From Thermoplasmatota archaeon (GTDB taxonomy: Archaea > Thermoplasmatota > E2 > JACPAO01 > JAHFTW01): a stretch of 64,000 nt of DNA. Below, piece after piece: positions 29,571-39,167 of the stretch (positions are counted from its first letter, which is position 1; every line of letters begins with the position of its first letter). The notes beneath the pieces were generated by a model, which worked only from the letters and a program-made list of their open reading frames with translations, was not told the DNA's origin and ran no database searches. A program made the position numbers and the translations under genes. The DNA lies in assembly GCA_041601615.1 (NCBI GenBank), contig JBFIHX010000001.1:64001-128000 (forward strand), read 5' to 3'.

Positions 29571-30912
29571 CGCGCATCAGGTCCGCGTGCATGGTGGCGG
29601 CGGCGCGGCGTGCGTGCGCGACGGCCTCGATGATGCTGCTAGGCCCCAGGGCGATGTCGCCGGCCGAGAAGACGCGGGCGTGGCTGGTGCGGCACTCCTC
29701 GTCTACTTCCACGTCGCCCCACTTGCTCATCTGCACGAGGTCCTGGATGGCGTCGCGGATCGGGCTGGGGTTCTGGCCCACGGCGAGGATCACCTCGTCG
29801 GCAGCAAGCAGGAATTCGCTGCTGGGGATCGGTTCGGGTCGCTTGCGGCCGGATTCGTCCGGGATGCCCAGCTCCATCTGGACGCATTCGACGAACTTCA
29901 CGTGGCCTGCGTCGTCCGAGATGAGCCGGGTCGGGTTGGCCATCAAGAGGAATTTGATGCGCTCGTCGCGGGCCTGGACCACTTCCTCGGGGGCGGCGGT
30001 CATTTGGCGCCGGCCGCGACGGTAGACGATGTGTACGGCCTTGGCTCCGAGGCGTAGGCTGTTGCGCGACACGTCCATGGCGGTGCTGCCGCCACCGATG
30101 ATGACGATGCGTTTGTCCTTGAGGTCGTATTTTTCACCGAGCTCCAAGCGGCGAAGCCACTCGACGGCGTGCTTGACGCCCTTCAGGTCCTCGCCTTCCA
30201 CGTGGATGCTCTTGGCGGCGTGGCAGCCGACTCCCAAAAACACGGAGTCGTGGTTGGCAAGGAGGGATTCGAGGGTGTTCTCGCCTTCGCCGAGGCGCCA
30301 ACCAGTGACGAATTCGACACCCCAGTCGCGCAAGTTGTCCAGTTCCTTTGCCACCACGTCGCGGGGCAATCGGTAGGACGGGATGCCGACGGTCATCATG
30401 CCGCCAAAAATGGGCAAGGCCTCGTAGACGGTAACGCCGTGGCCCTTGCGCACGAGGTCGTAAGCGACTTGGAGGCCAGCCGGTCCGCCGCCCACGATTG
30501 CAACGGTCTTGCCGGTGGCAGCGGGGCGTTCGACTTTGGGCATCTGGCCGTGGTCGAAGGCGGCGCGCTTGAGAGAGCAAATGGCGACGGGTTCGCCCTT
30601 GATGCCGACGACGCACACGTCCTCGCAGGGATGGAAGCAGGTGCGGCCAAGCGTGCCGGGAATCGGATAGGTTTCGAGGGCAATGGCGAGGGACTTGTCA
30701 AAGTCGCCTTCTGCGATGGCCTGGATGTACTCAGGGGCCCGCGTGAGCGCTGGACAGCCGTAGGTGCAGGGCTTTGTCTTGCAGTCGATGCAGCGCTGCG
30801 CCTCCTCCACGGCGAGTGTCCGAGTGTAGCCCAAAATGGCCTCGGCGTAGCTCGTGACCCTCGTTTCTGGGTCCAGTTCTGGCATCTTGACGCGTTCGAG
30901 CTGCATCGCCAT
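29563..30912 (-). CDS. GltD/SudA(NfnB)-like Fe-S flavoprotein NAD(P)H oxidoreductase
   Basis: EAQRCIDC...C..GCP, GRTC..PCE..C, GGGPAG, GIPSYRLP, GGGSTAMD, YRR, FSAGD. Confidence 0.92.
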   Translation of the reverse strand: MAMQLERVKMPELDPETRVTSYAEAILGYTRTLAVEEAQRCIDCKTKPCTYGCPALTRAPEYIQAIAEGDFDKSLAIALETYPIPGTLGRTCFHPCEDVCVVGIKGEPVAICSLKRAAFDHGQMPKVERPAATGKTVAIVGGGPAGLQVAYDLVRKGHGVTVYEALPIFGGMMTVGIPSYRLPRDVVAKELDNLRDWGVEFVTGWRLGEGENTLESLLANHDSVFLGVGCHAAKSIHVEGEDLKGVKHAVEWLRRLELGEKYDLKDKRIVIIGGGSTAMDVSRNSLRLGAKAVHIVYRRGRRQMTAAPEEVVQARDERIKFLLMANPTRLISDDAGHVKFVECVQMELGIPDESGRKRPEPIPSSEFLLAADEVILAVGQNPSPIRDAIQDLVQMSKWGDVEVDEECRTSHARVFSAGDIALGPSSIIEAVAHARRAAATMHADLMRDA

Positions 30913-31036
30913 GACCGATCCTCGGTGGATGTTCTTGAATGGCCGCTCCTGAAGAGCCCTTCGACTCGAAAGGACGCGAGCCAAGGCCGCAAAACACGGG
31001 CAGATGCAGGCCGCGATGGACGGAATTTCTCGGGTT

Positions 31037-32443
31037 CTAGATGAATCGAGGCCCGACAATTTGCAGGATGATCGCTGCGAAAATCATGAGGCTCACGATG
31101 CTGGCCGATCGTCCCACGATGCGGTCCCGCCGGGCGCGTTCCATTTGCGGCCGGGCCTTCTCGACGATGCCACCGACGGCGTCGCGGAAGATGTGGCCAC
31201 CGTCCAGCGGCAGCATCGGCAGGATGTTGGTCAGGCCGACAAGGAGGTTGATCCAAAACACCCAGAACAGCGTCTGGAAGAGGGGCCAAAACACGTCGTT
31301 TTCGAAGGGCGTCTCGAAAAAGGCTGGCAAGTAGACGCCCATGACGGGTGTGCCTCGAATCTCAAAGATGGGCAATTGAATGAGCGCCAGGAGGTTGGTG
31401 CCGCTGTTGTCGAATGGGTCCGTAAACAAGCCTTGGATGAGCTCAGCATCGAAGATTTGGATCCCGACAAGGGGCGCGTTTTGCAGGTCCTCTGCGCACT
31501 GGGCGCCGCTCGTGTAGGTTTTGCCAAAGCTCAGTTCACACGTCTCATTGCCGGCGGGCGTGAGCGCAATCACGTCCTGGCGTTGCGGTTCCGTGAGCAC
31601 GTCCCAGCGGCTGGTGACGGTGATGGATTGGGTTGTGCCGTCGCGGGTGGTAACATTGAGTGTGTCGCCTGGATGCACGGACTCCATGCGTGTGCGGAAG
31701 TCGTCGACGCTTACCAGGGCAGCACCGTCGATGGCTACCAGAACATCGCCGCCCATGATGCCGCCTGCTTCGGCGCCGCCGTCCTTGGTGACGCTTTGCA
31801 CGGGGACACCATCGTGGGCTTCCACGTTGCCGGCCATGCCGCCCATGGCGGCAAGCACGAGTGCCGCTACCACGATGTTGACGGTGGCGCCGGCGGCAAA
31901 CACGCGCAATCGTTTGCGTCGCGTGGCGACCGCCATCTCCTCTTCGTCGGGTTCGACGAAAGCGCCGATGGGTACAATGACGTACAGGAGGCCGAGGGAT
32001 TTGACTTTCAGATTGTTGGCGCGGGCAAGCACTCCGTGTCCGCCTTCGTGGACGACGAGGGTGATGATGAGCGCGATGATGCCGTACCATAGGGGTACGA
32101 ACGGATTGACTCCTGGAATGACGAGGATTTCGCTGCCCTTCAGGGGCTCCACGTCGTTGGCAGGGTCAAGCACGACCGCCACAGCAAGCAGAATCAGGGC
32201 GGTCATGAGCACCATGCCCACGAGCGTCATGGCGATACCAAAGTCGCCAAAGATGTTCCAGAGCCGTTTGGGTCGGGCAATGACGTCGAGGGTGCCGCGT
32301 CCTTTCTGGGTGCGAATCATCAGGATGAAGCCCATGAACAGGGACAGGTTCCATTGCTCCATCTTGCCGCTGCGAAGCAACCAGAAGAGGAGGATGACGT
32401 ACGCCCAGACGAGGGCGGCCGTGATGAGCCAGCCGTTGACCAC
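31037..32443 (-). CDS. Site-2 protease (M50) with PDZ domain
   Basis: HEGGH, GAFVEPD, AG..N, PDZ segment (AEAGGI..GD), NILPMLPLDGG. Confidence 0.92.
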   Translation of the reverse strand: MVNGWLITAALVWAYVILLFWLLRSGKMEQWNLSLFMGFILMIRTQKGRGTLDVIARPKRLWNIFGDFGIAMTLVGMVLMTALILLAVAVVLDPANDVEPLKGSEILVIPGVNPFVPLWYGIIALIITLVVHEGGHGVLARANNLKVKSLGLLYVIVPIGAFVEPDEEEMAVATRRKRLRVFAAGATVNIVVAALVLAAMGGMAGNVEAHDGVPVQSVTKDGGAEAGGIMGGDVLVAIDGAALVSVDDFRTRMESVHPGDTLNVTTRDGTTQSITVTSRWDVLTEPQRQDVIALTPAGNETCELSFGKTYTSGAQCAEDLQNAPLVGIQIFDAELIQGLFTDPFDNSGTNLLALIQLPIFEIRGTPVMGVYLPAFFETPFENDVFWPLFQTLFWVFWINLLVGLTNILPMLPLDGGHIFRDAVGGIVEKARPQMERARRDRIVGRSASIVSLMIFAAIILQIVGPRFI

Positions 32444-32524
32444 GTCGCGGCCACGAGGAATGACGGCGATAAGGGTTGGTGTCGGGGTGCGCAACATCCA
32501 AGCCGGGCCGTGGGTTCTGGAAGC

Positions 32525-32875
32525 GTGGACGCAGAGGCCCCCGGCCCGGCCGCAGAAAACTGCATGGTGCTGTTGCAAAGCACCTACGCATCCGAGGCAG
32601 ACGCAGAGCTCGCTGCCCGCCGGCTCCTGGACCGCCGGGTCGCCTGTTGCGTCCATCTCTCGCCGGTGCGCAGCCTCTATCGGTGGAAGGGCCAGCTCGA
32701 AAACGACCAAGAGTGGCGCTTGGAGGCCCGCACGCCGCGTCGTGACCAAAACCGCTGCTGGGAAGCCCTGCTGGACGGCCACCCCTACGAGACGCCGCTC
32801 GTGGAAATCGTGGCCGAGACCCAGGTGCCGGCACGGTATGCGCGGTGGGCGCATCGGTGTACGGAGCCGGAGTGA
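32525..32875 (+). CDS. cutA: Divalent cation tolerance protein CutA
   Basis: A...LL..R.ACC, SLYRWKG, E....., HPYETP, Y..W; start GTG 32525 or ATG 32564. Confidence 0.88.
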   Translation: MDAEAPGPAAENCMVLLQSTYASEADAELAARRLLDRRVACCVHLSPVRSLYRWKGQLENDQEWRLEARTPRRDQNRCWEALLDGHPYETPLVEIVAETQVPARYARWAHRCTEPE

Positions 32876-32941
32876 AGTCGGCGTAGGCTCCGGCGGGCTG
32901 CCTCCGGCGAAGGTCTTCAACCCTCGAAGCCTCGCCGGTTC

Positions 32942-33190
32942 GTGGTGGGCGCGTGGAATTCGATCAGGATCGATCTGGAGCCGCGTGACTTGGAGCGGCT
33001 AGCAGACGGGCTTGCCAGCGAGGGGTTTCCGGTTCGGGTTGAAGGTCATTGCCTGGTATTTTCAGATCCATTGTTGGCGGATGCCGTGCGGGCGTGGTAC
33101 ACCAAACTCACGCTGTACAATCGACTCATCCACCGCGCCGCCCGAATTCGGGGCAAGCCCATCACCATCGCAAGCCCCGGGATGAAGTGA
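32942..33190 (+). CDS. Hypothetical protein (82 aa)
   Basis: Protein-like composition; stop overlaps the next start (GTGA). Confidence 0.5.
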   Translation: MVGAWNSIRIDLEPRDLERLADGLASEGFPVRVEGHCLVFSDPLLADAVRAWYTKLTLYNRLIHRAARIRGKPITIASPGMK

Positions 33191-33489
33191 ATTTGTATCT
33201 CGCCATCATCGCAGGGTTGCAGCGAGGCGAGCTGCCGGCGATTGTGCACGAGGTCATTTGGCGGCAACCGTTTTTCAATGCAAACCACCGCACAGCGGCG
33301 GCGGCCATCCAAGACGAGCTCGATGTTCGATTGGATGAACAACAAGCACGGCTGTTGACGACCGACGTTATTTTGGAAAGCAAAGCGCTCCTCGACGGAT
33401 CGGATACCTCCCTCTCGAACGAGGAAGCAAAACGGCGCCATTACGGGGCGATGCAGCGCCTTGTGGCTGCGATTCAATCCATCAAGTGA
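33187..33489 (+). CDS. Hypothetical helical protein (100 aa)
   Basis: GTG 33187 coupled to upstream TGA; amphipathic helical sequence. Confidence 0.5.
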   Translation: MNLYLAIIAGLQRGELPAIVHEVIWRQPFFNANHRTAAAAIQDELDVRLDEQQARLLTTDVILESKALLDGSDTSLSNEEAKRRHYGAMQRLVAAIQSIK

Positions 33490-33727
33490 ACGACAGACGA
33501 GACGATGTCGCGCACTTTCTGTTTCCCCTCGGCAGACAACTGGTCGAAGTCCGTCCGAGTCCCCTGGAGCAACTAGCCCACGAGTCCGACTTCAGCGCCA
33601 TCGTATAAAAACTCAACGTTCTTCCAAGGGTGGCTCCTTTTGACAGACGATGCCCCCGTCGCGGCATCCTCGCCAGACCGTTCGTTCGGTCGCCCGGCAA
33701 GCGCTTGCAGTTCCAATCGGGGCTGAG

Positions 33728-34417
33728 CTAGGCAGGAACCCAATGCTCCACTCGCGTGGCGCCCCGTTCGGCAGCGTCGCCGAGGATGCGGGCGGCCCAG
33801 GCGAGTTTCCGACGCTTGATGACCGGATCAGTGTGGTGGCTGTAGCGGCCGGCCTCTGCTTCGAGGTCGAAGGCGACAAGCCGGACCCGTCGCACGTCCA
33901 TGGCTTCGCATAGCAACACTGCTCGATCGCCATCGGTGAATCCCCCGTGGTTGCGCACATGGTCTGCGGGAGGGGCGGCCTGGCAACTTGGCGCGACTAC
34001 GGGCCAGTCGGAGGCCATGGGCAGTCTGTCTTGGTTGTGGCCGTGGGCGTGGACGACCATGCTGGCGCCTTGGTGTGCCGCCCAATGGAGGCCTTCGGGG
34101 TCTCCGTCGAGGTCCGTGGTGACGACGCGGGGCGTGATGCCAATTTCACGCAGGCGGCTCGTGGCACCGTCGGCGGCGAGCACAATGCCCGAGGGCAGGT
34201 CCGAGGCTTGGAGCGTGTCGAGGCTGGGGCCGCAGCCGACGACCACGGCATCTGGACGGTGTTTGAGGTCCGTGCCGATGTGGCGCCAGGCGGCCCGCGC
34301 GTGTGCTGCGGGGATGAGATTGGCGAGCGCTACTGCTGCGGCTTCGTCCAGGCCTTCATCCCATTGAAAATCAGATAGAATCGCCCGGTACGTGGGGCTC
34401 CAGTCTTCCCAGTGCAA
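33728..34417 (-). CDS. mptE: 6-hydroxymethyl-7,8-dihydropterin pyrophosphokinase MptE-like (DUF115)
   Basis: W...Y..I..DF, G.GPSL, AADGA, VTTDLDG, HAHG.N, N.GGFTDGDRAV, K.RKL.WA. Confidence 0.88.
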   Translation of the reverse strand: MHWEDWSPTYRAILSDFQWDEGLDEAAAVALANLIPAAHARAAWRHIGTDLKHRPDAVVVGCGPSLDTLQASDLPSGIVLAADGATSRLREIGITPRVVTTDLDGDPEGLHWAAHQGASMVVHAHGHNQDRLPMASDWPVVAPSCQAAPPADHVRNHGGFTDGDRAVLLCEAMDVRRVRLVAFDLEAEAGRYSHHTDPVIKRRKLAWAARILGDAAERGATRVEHWVPA

Positions 34418-34418
34418 G

Positions 34419-35525
34419 TCAGTGCTCCATGGGCGGGTTGCCGCCGTCTACGAAGAAGCTGCGAACGTATCGGCTGAGCAAGACGCCGGCGGCGGCGACA
34501 CTGAGGCCGGCGGCAAGCTGCATGACGAGTTCGAAGGTAATGACGTGGTCAAGGGGCGCTTCTTGCAGCACTGCGAGGGTCACGTTGAGCACCACGTTGC
34601 CGATGAAGCCGACGGCGATGAGCGTGAAGGCCGTGGTCCAGTGACGCAGCCCTACTTGTCCCTCGCGCACCCATTCGTCCACGAGCATTCCAGCAGCGCG
34701 CACCAAGAGGGCGGCCACGAAGTAGAACAGGAACGATTGTAGGAACACGAGGGTGCGGTAGAAGGCGCCCTCGTCGGGCCCGGGTAGCTTGGAGTAGGAT
34801 TGCACGGCGCCGATTGCGAGGAGCCCTATGGTGATGATGTTGGCAAACAACTGCATTTTGCCCGATCGCATGCCTTCGCCAAGGTCGCGGAAGAACCGCT
34901 CCATGCGGTCTTCCCAGTGCATGGCGTGGACAATCATCCAGAGGCCCATGACGGCAAGGGTGACGCCCCAAGCGTATTGGGCGATGTTGAATAGAAATGC
35001 GCCGCCCCAGATGAGCGTGACAAGGCCAATGGGCAGGACATAGCGCCTTGCCAATTTTTTGTCCTCGATGATGCGCGTGAGTGTGTAGTAGAAGCCTTCG
35101 AGGCGAGGGGCTTGGCGCACGATGGTGCGGTGGACGTGCGCAACACGGACGCGGCTCGTCAGAATCGGGAGAATCTGTTCGTCTTCTGCCCCGTCGCTTA
35201 CGAGCACCACTTCGTCGGCGCGGCTTAGTTCAAGCACTTCGTCCAGTTCGCGTGCGAGTTTGCGGTCGCCACGGATGCCCATGGCGCGGTGTCCGGTGAT
35301 GGCGGCCACTTCTACTTGGTTGCCCTTTTGGATCGCGCTGGGAAGCTCCTTGTCGTACAGGTGGATGGCCGCAAACAAGCTGTTGGTGTCCGAGTCTTCG
35401 GGGTCAGCAATGCCAAGCTTGGTCGCTGCCTCAATGAGCCGGCGGCGGCCCACGATGGGGGTGTCGACTTGCGCCTTATGGCCCACGTCGTCATCCCGGT
35501 CCACAGACAAGATGAGCGTCTTCAT
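34419..35525 (-). CDS. DUF373 family membrane protein
   Basis: L.VDRDDD.G.K, DPEDSD.N, SDGAEDE...PI, V.Q...LE..YY; C-terminal TM helices. Confidence 0.88.
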   Translation of the reverse strand: MKTLILSVDRDDDVGHKAQVDTPIVGRRRLIEAATKLGIADPEDSDTNSLFAAIHLYDKELPSAIQKGNQVEVAAITGHRAMGIRGDRKLARELDEVLELSRADEVVLVSDGAEDEQILPILTSRVRVAHVHRTIVRQAPRLEGFYYTLTRIIEDKKLARRYVLPIGLVTLIWGGAFLFNIAQYAWGVTLAVMGLWMIVHAMHWEDRMERFFRDLGEGMRSGKMQLFANIITIGLLAIGAVQSYSKLPGPDEGAFYRTLVFLQSFLFYFVAALLVRAAGMLVDEWVREGQVGLRHWTTAFTLIAVGFIGNVVLNVTLAVLQEAPLDHVITFELVMQLAAGLSVAAAGVLLSRYVRSFFVDGGNPPMEH

Positions 35526-35631
35526 CCCAGCACAATCCAGAGGGCGACCTCACGGTATTTGGGCCTGTCGGCGTGAGGATCGATGTTTGACGAATCAACC
35601 ACCCGCGAGGGGTCGGCGCGATAGGCCGGTG

Positions 35632-36450
35632 TCATGGCTTGAACGCTCGACCCATCACGAAATTGATCAACCCATCTGGCAATACCCGCTTCAGAACATT
35701 CCCCGCCTTGGCATCCAGGGGCGCCAGGTAGTGGAATCGAGGCCGCCGACTCAGACAGGCGTGGTTGATGCGCTTGGCGATGACGCGTGGATGTGCGCGT
35801 CCTTTGCCTCCGACGAGTTTGTCGAATCGTCGGTACAGGTTTGCGTAGGGCCCCTCTGAGCCTCCGAGCCCGGCGACTTCTTGTTCCTGTTCGGCACGGG
35901 CTCCAAAGCTCGTGCGGATGCTGCCGGGTTCGATGAGGGAGACGTGGATGCCGAAAGGGCGCAGTTCGGCCGCCATGGCCTGCGAGAGGCCTCGGAGGGC
36001 GAATTTGGTCGCCGAGTAGGCGCCGATCATGGGAAATCCGATGTGGCCGGCAATGCTGCTGACGTTGACGATGCGGCCGTGGCCTTGGTTGCGCATGTGG
36101 GGCAGGACTTCTTGGGTGAGGCGGTGGGCGCCGAGGAGGTTGACGTCGAGCATCGCTTGGAACGCGGCGAGCGAGGTTTGTTCGACGGGCATGAAAGCGC
36201 CAAAACCGGCGTTGTTGACTATGGCGTCGATGCGTCCGAAGTGTTCGAGGGTGTGGGCTACGGCGGCTTGGATGCTGGCTTCGTCGGTGACGTCGAGTGG
36301 ATAGACGCTGACGTTTTTGGAAGCCAGGTCTTGGATGGTGTCCACGTTGCGGGCGGTAGCTACGACGGTGGCGCGACGGGCAAGGTGCAGTACGGCTTCG
36401 CGGCCAATGCCGCTGCTGGTTCCGGTAACGAGGACGACGGGACGACTCAC
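35632..36450 (-). CDS. Short-chain dehydrogenase/reductase
   Basis: TGTSSGIG, NNAG, NVSS, YSATK, IEPG. Confidence 0.93.
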   Translation of the reverse strand: MSRPVVLVTGTSSGIGREAVLHLARRATVVATARNVDTIQDLASKNVSVYPLDVTDEASIQAAVAHTLEHFGRIDAIVNNAGFGAFMPVEQTSLAAFQAMLDVNLLGAHRLTQEVLPHMRNQGHGRIVNVSSIAGHIGFPMIGAYSATKFALRGLSQAMAAELRPFGIHVSLIEPGSIRTSFGARAEQEQEVAGLGGSEGPYANLYRRFDKLVGGKGRAHPRVIAKRINHACLSRRPRFHYLAPLDAKAGNVLKRVLPDGLINFVMGRAFKP

Positions 36451-36890
36451 GGATTGTAGCGAGTCTCGTCTTCCACTTCGTCCTTCTGTTTGGCGGCCAG
36501 GCGTGCCGCCTTGCGTCCTTCCCGTTGCAGGCGCGCCTCCGTTCGCCGCGCATTGCGTGCTGCTTGTTTCTGCTCCCGCGTCTGCGACACGGTCTCCGGG
36601 TCTGCGTCCGGCGTCGGCTCGCTCCACGCGGCTGGCGATTCTGCGAATTTCCCGATACGTATGGCGTCCACGATGGCCCATCCGAGGCCGGCGGCGCCGG
36701 GAATCAAGAGCGGATAGGAACCAAAGACGATGAGGGCGGTTTGGGCAATGCCGCGGCCAAGCAAACCGCTGTGGGGGTTGCGGATGCCTGCGATGATGGC
36801 GCCGACGCCGGGGAGCGGGAACACTTGTAGGGTCACGACGGCGGGCTTGAGGCGCGGGCCTAGAAGCCAGGGCCGCATGGGCTTACGCAT
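36447..36890 (-). CDS. Small membrane protein, Stum/SPEC3-like paralog 4 (charged C-terminal extension)
   Basis: LPGVGAIIAG...GIAQ...GLGW. Confidence 0.6.
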   Translation of the reverse strand: MRKPMRPWLLGPRLKPAVVTLQVFPLPGVGAIIAGIRNPHSGLLGRGIAQTALIVFGSYPLLIPGAAGLGWAIVDAIRIGKFAESPAAWSEPTPDADPETVSQTREQKQAARNARRTEARLQREGRKAARLAAKQKDEVEDETRYNP

Positions 36891-37206
36891 GGGCCTCGCC
36901 GTGCGACCGCAGGAAAATTAGAACGCCCCAGGCCCAGGCCCATAGGATGGATGCCAAAAACAAGCCAATGCCGAGGCCGCGCACGGGGCCGACGAGGAAG
37001 ATGCCGGCAACGAAGAGGGCAAATTGCAGAAGGCCAATGATCCAGGTCTGCGTGTCGCGGCTGGCGCCAGCAGCGGTCATGGTGGCCATGCCGGGGAAGG
37101 TCAGGAAGCTCGCTACGAGCACCAGGAGGCCCCAGGGCTGGCGTGGAATGCTTGGAATCAAAGGTGGCGCGGGGGACGATTCGGGTTCCTGGGCTTCGGC
37201 GGGCAT
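36883..37206 (-). CDS. Small membrane protein, Stum/SPEC3-like paralog 3
   Basis: IPSIPRQPWG...FPGMATM.AAG...GLLQ...LWAWAWG. Confidence 0.7.
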   Translation of the reverse strand: MPAEAQEPESSPAPPLIPSIPRQPWGLLVLVASFLTFPGMATMTAAGASRDTQTWIIGLLQFALFVAGIFLVGPVRGLGIGLFLASILWAWAWGVLIFLRSHGEAHA

Positions 37207-37211
37207 GGGTA

Positions 37212-37430
37212 TCACCGGCTCTTCATGAACAAGAGAATGCCCCAGATCCAGGACCAGAGGATGCCGACAAGGAACACAGACAGGAGTGCTTGGAGCAGGC
37301 CGTGGACGAAGAGGCGCGTCTCTTCCATGTTGCCGGCGGCAATCATCGTGCCGCTGCCGGGCAGGAAGATGTTCATCACTAGGACAATGATGCCCCACGG
37401 CTTGCGCTTGATGCTGGGGAGGTTTACCAT
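37212..37430 (-). CDS. Small membrane protein, Stum/SPEC3-like paralog 2
   Basis: LPSIKRKPWG...NIFLPGSGTMIAAG...GLLQ...VGILWSWIWG. Confidence 0.75.
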   Translation of the reverse strand: MVNLPSIKRKPWGIIVLVMNIFLPGSGTMIAAGNMEETRLFVHGLLQALLSVFLVGILWSWIWGILLFMKSR

Positions 37431-37433
37431 CTT

Positions 37434-37448
37434 GCATCGAGTCGATGC
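37434..37448. promoter_or_regulatory. Perfect inverted repeat GCATCGA-G-TCGATGC, candidate operator
   Basis: 7-bp arms beginning 4 nt upstream of the minus-strand ATG at 37430. Confidence 0.35.
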
Positions 37449-37672
37449 TGCAGACAAAAGGGTTGGCTTCTCTGGCGCCGCTTCCGCGTGTGAGTGGCTA
37501 ACGCCTGCTCCATCTGGGTAAATTAGACGGTTCGAGATTCCTAGCTGCTCGACATCGTGGGCGTGCGGGCCCCGGCGAGGGCGTATGTTCGCGGTGCAAT
37601 CCCACAACAACGCGGCCCAAGAAGGGCTCAAAGTGAAGTAGAGAAGGAGGAGAAGGAGACCGAATCGTCGGT

Positions 37673-37900
37673 TTAGTCGCTCTTGGCGAAGATCAGGACG
37701 CCCCAGACGACGGCCCAGATCCATCCGAGACCAAGTAGGAGTGTTGCCACAATTTGTAGAACACCGATGATGATGGTGTCCTTGTGCTTCTCCACGATAC
37801 CGGTGATTAGGATGCCGAACCCACCGAGGATGATGCCGAGAACCAGGGCGAGGATGCCGCCCGGGCTGCGCTTGAAGTGGGGAATCTCGAAGAGGCCCAT
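37673..37900 (-). CDS. Small membrane protein, Stum/SPEC3-like paralog 1
   Basis: IPHFKRSPGG...GGFG..I.G...GVLQ...GWIWAVVWG; followed on the minus strand by a pyrimidine tract. Confidence 0.7.
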   Translation of the reverse strand: MGLFEIPHFKRSPGGILALVLGIILGGFGILITGIVEKHKDTIIIGVLQIVATLLLGLGWIWAVVWGVLIFAKSD

Positions 37901-38012
37901 ATGTCTTGGATTCTCATCAGGGAAAAAAGCCCGCCGTATTGCATCCATGGGCGCCGAGGAGGCTGGCGCATCGTCCCGAACCCTCAAAACGGGGTCCCGT
38001 GTCGCCGCCCCC

Positions 38013-39167
38013 ATGGACCTGTATGAATACCAGGGTCGCGACCTCTACGAACGCTTCGGCGTGCCCTGCGCCCGTGGCTTTGTTGTGGAGTCGATGGCCG
38101 ACCTCGCATCCCACCTTCCCACCGTCGGATACCCCGTCGTGGTCAAGGCACAGGTCCTCGTGGGCGGCCGTGGAAAAGCGGGCGGCGTCAAGTTTGCCCA
38201 CAATGAGTCGGAACTCCTGGAGCACACGGAAGCGATTCTGGGCATGGACATCAAGGGACACATCGCTCACAAGGTGATGGTTGCGCAGATGCTCGACTTC
38301 ACGGCCGAGTACTACTGTTCCTTCCTCATCGACCGCAACGCCCGCAACTACCTGATGATCTTCAGCCAAGACGGCGGCATGGACATTGAGAGTGTCCCCG
38401 AGGCGCGCCTTGCCAAGATCAACATCAACCCGCTCGAAGGATTCACCGACGCCCACGCCGAGGCTGCCTTCGAGAAAACCACCTTCGATGCCGAAACCAA
38501 GGCCGGTGTCAAGGCGCTCATGCACAGTCTCTACCGCATGTTTACTGAGATGGATTGCGAACTCGTGGAGGTCAACCCGATGGCCAAGACCACCGACGGC
38601 ACCATCGTCGCCGCCGACAGCAAGGTTACCATCAACGACAGCGCCTTGTTCCGCCACCCGGAATTCAAGCAACGCGACCAGAGCCTCACGGAGCTCGAAC
38701 AAGAGGCCCGCGACCAAGGCGTTGCCCTCATTGAACTCGACGGCAACATTGGCGTCATCGCCAACGGCGCCGGCCTCACCATGGCCACCCTCGATGCTCT
38801 GAGCGTCTACGGTGGAAAACCCCGCACCTTCCTAGACTTGAGCGGCGCTACGGACCCCGAAAAGGTCGCCCAGGCTGTCCGCTTGATGAAGAAGTCCAAC
38901 CCCGGCGTCATGCTCCTGAACTTGTTTGGTGGCATCACGCGCTGCGACATCGTCGCCGAGGGCCTCGTCAGTGTCATTGACAACGAAGGCGTCGATTTCC
39001 CTATCATCACCCGCATCAAGGGCACCAAGGAAGCCGAAGCCAAGGAAATCCTGGCTCGCTACGGCTTCAAGGTCGCCGACACGCTGCAAGAGGCGGCGCA
39101 AATCGCCACCGAAATGGCCAAGGACATGCCCATGGCCGGCACCCCCCTCGCACAGGAGGCAACCTAA
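38013..39167 (+). CDS. sucC: Succinyl-CoA synthetase beta subunit
   Basis: MDLYEYQG, KAQVLVGGRGKAGGVK, GGMDIE, EVNP, NGAGL.MAT.D, N.FGGITRCD. Confidence 0.96.
   Translation: MDLYEYQGRDLYERFGVPCARGFVVESMADLASHLPTVGYPVVVKAQVLVGGRGKAGGVKFAHNESELLEHTEAILGMDIKGHIAHKVMVAQMLDFTAEYYCSFLIDRNARNYLMIFSQDGGMDIESVPEARLAKININPLEGFTDAHAEAAFEKTTFDAETKAGVKALMHSLYRMFTEMDCELVEVNPMAKTTDGTIVAADSKVTINDSALFRHPEFKQRDQSLTELEQEARDQGVALIELDGNIGVIANGAGLTMATLDALSVYGGKPRTFLDLSGATDPEKVAQAVRLMKKSNPGVMLLNLFGGITRCDIVAEGLVSVIDNEGVDFPIITRIKGTKEAEAKEILARYGFKVADTLQEAAQIATEMAKDMPMAGTPLAQEAT

Noticed and set aside
27403-33002. Long alternative-frame and antisense ORFs (e.g. 27403-28443, 31004-32092, 31521-33002; also 59640-61421)
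   Set aside because: Shadow ORFs expected in high-GC DNA, overlapping well-supported genes
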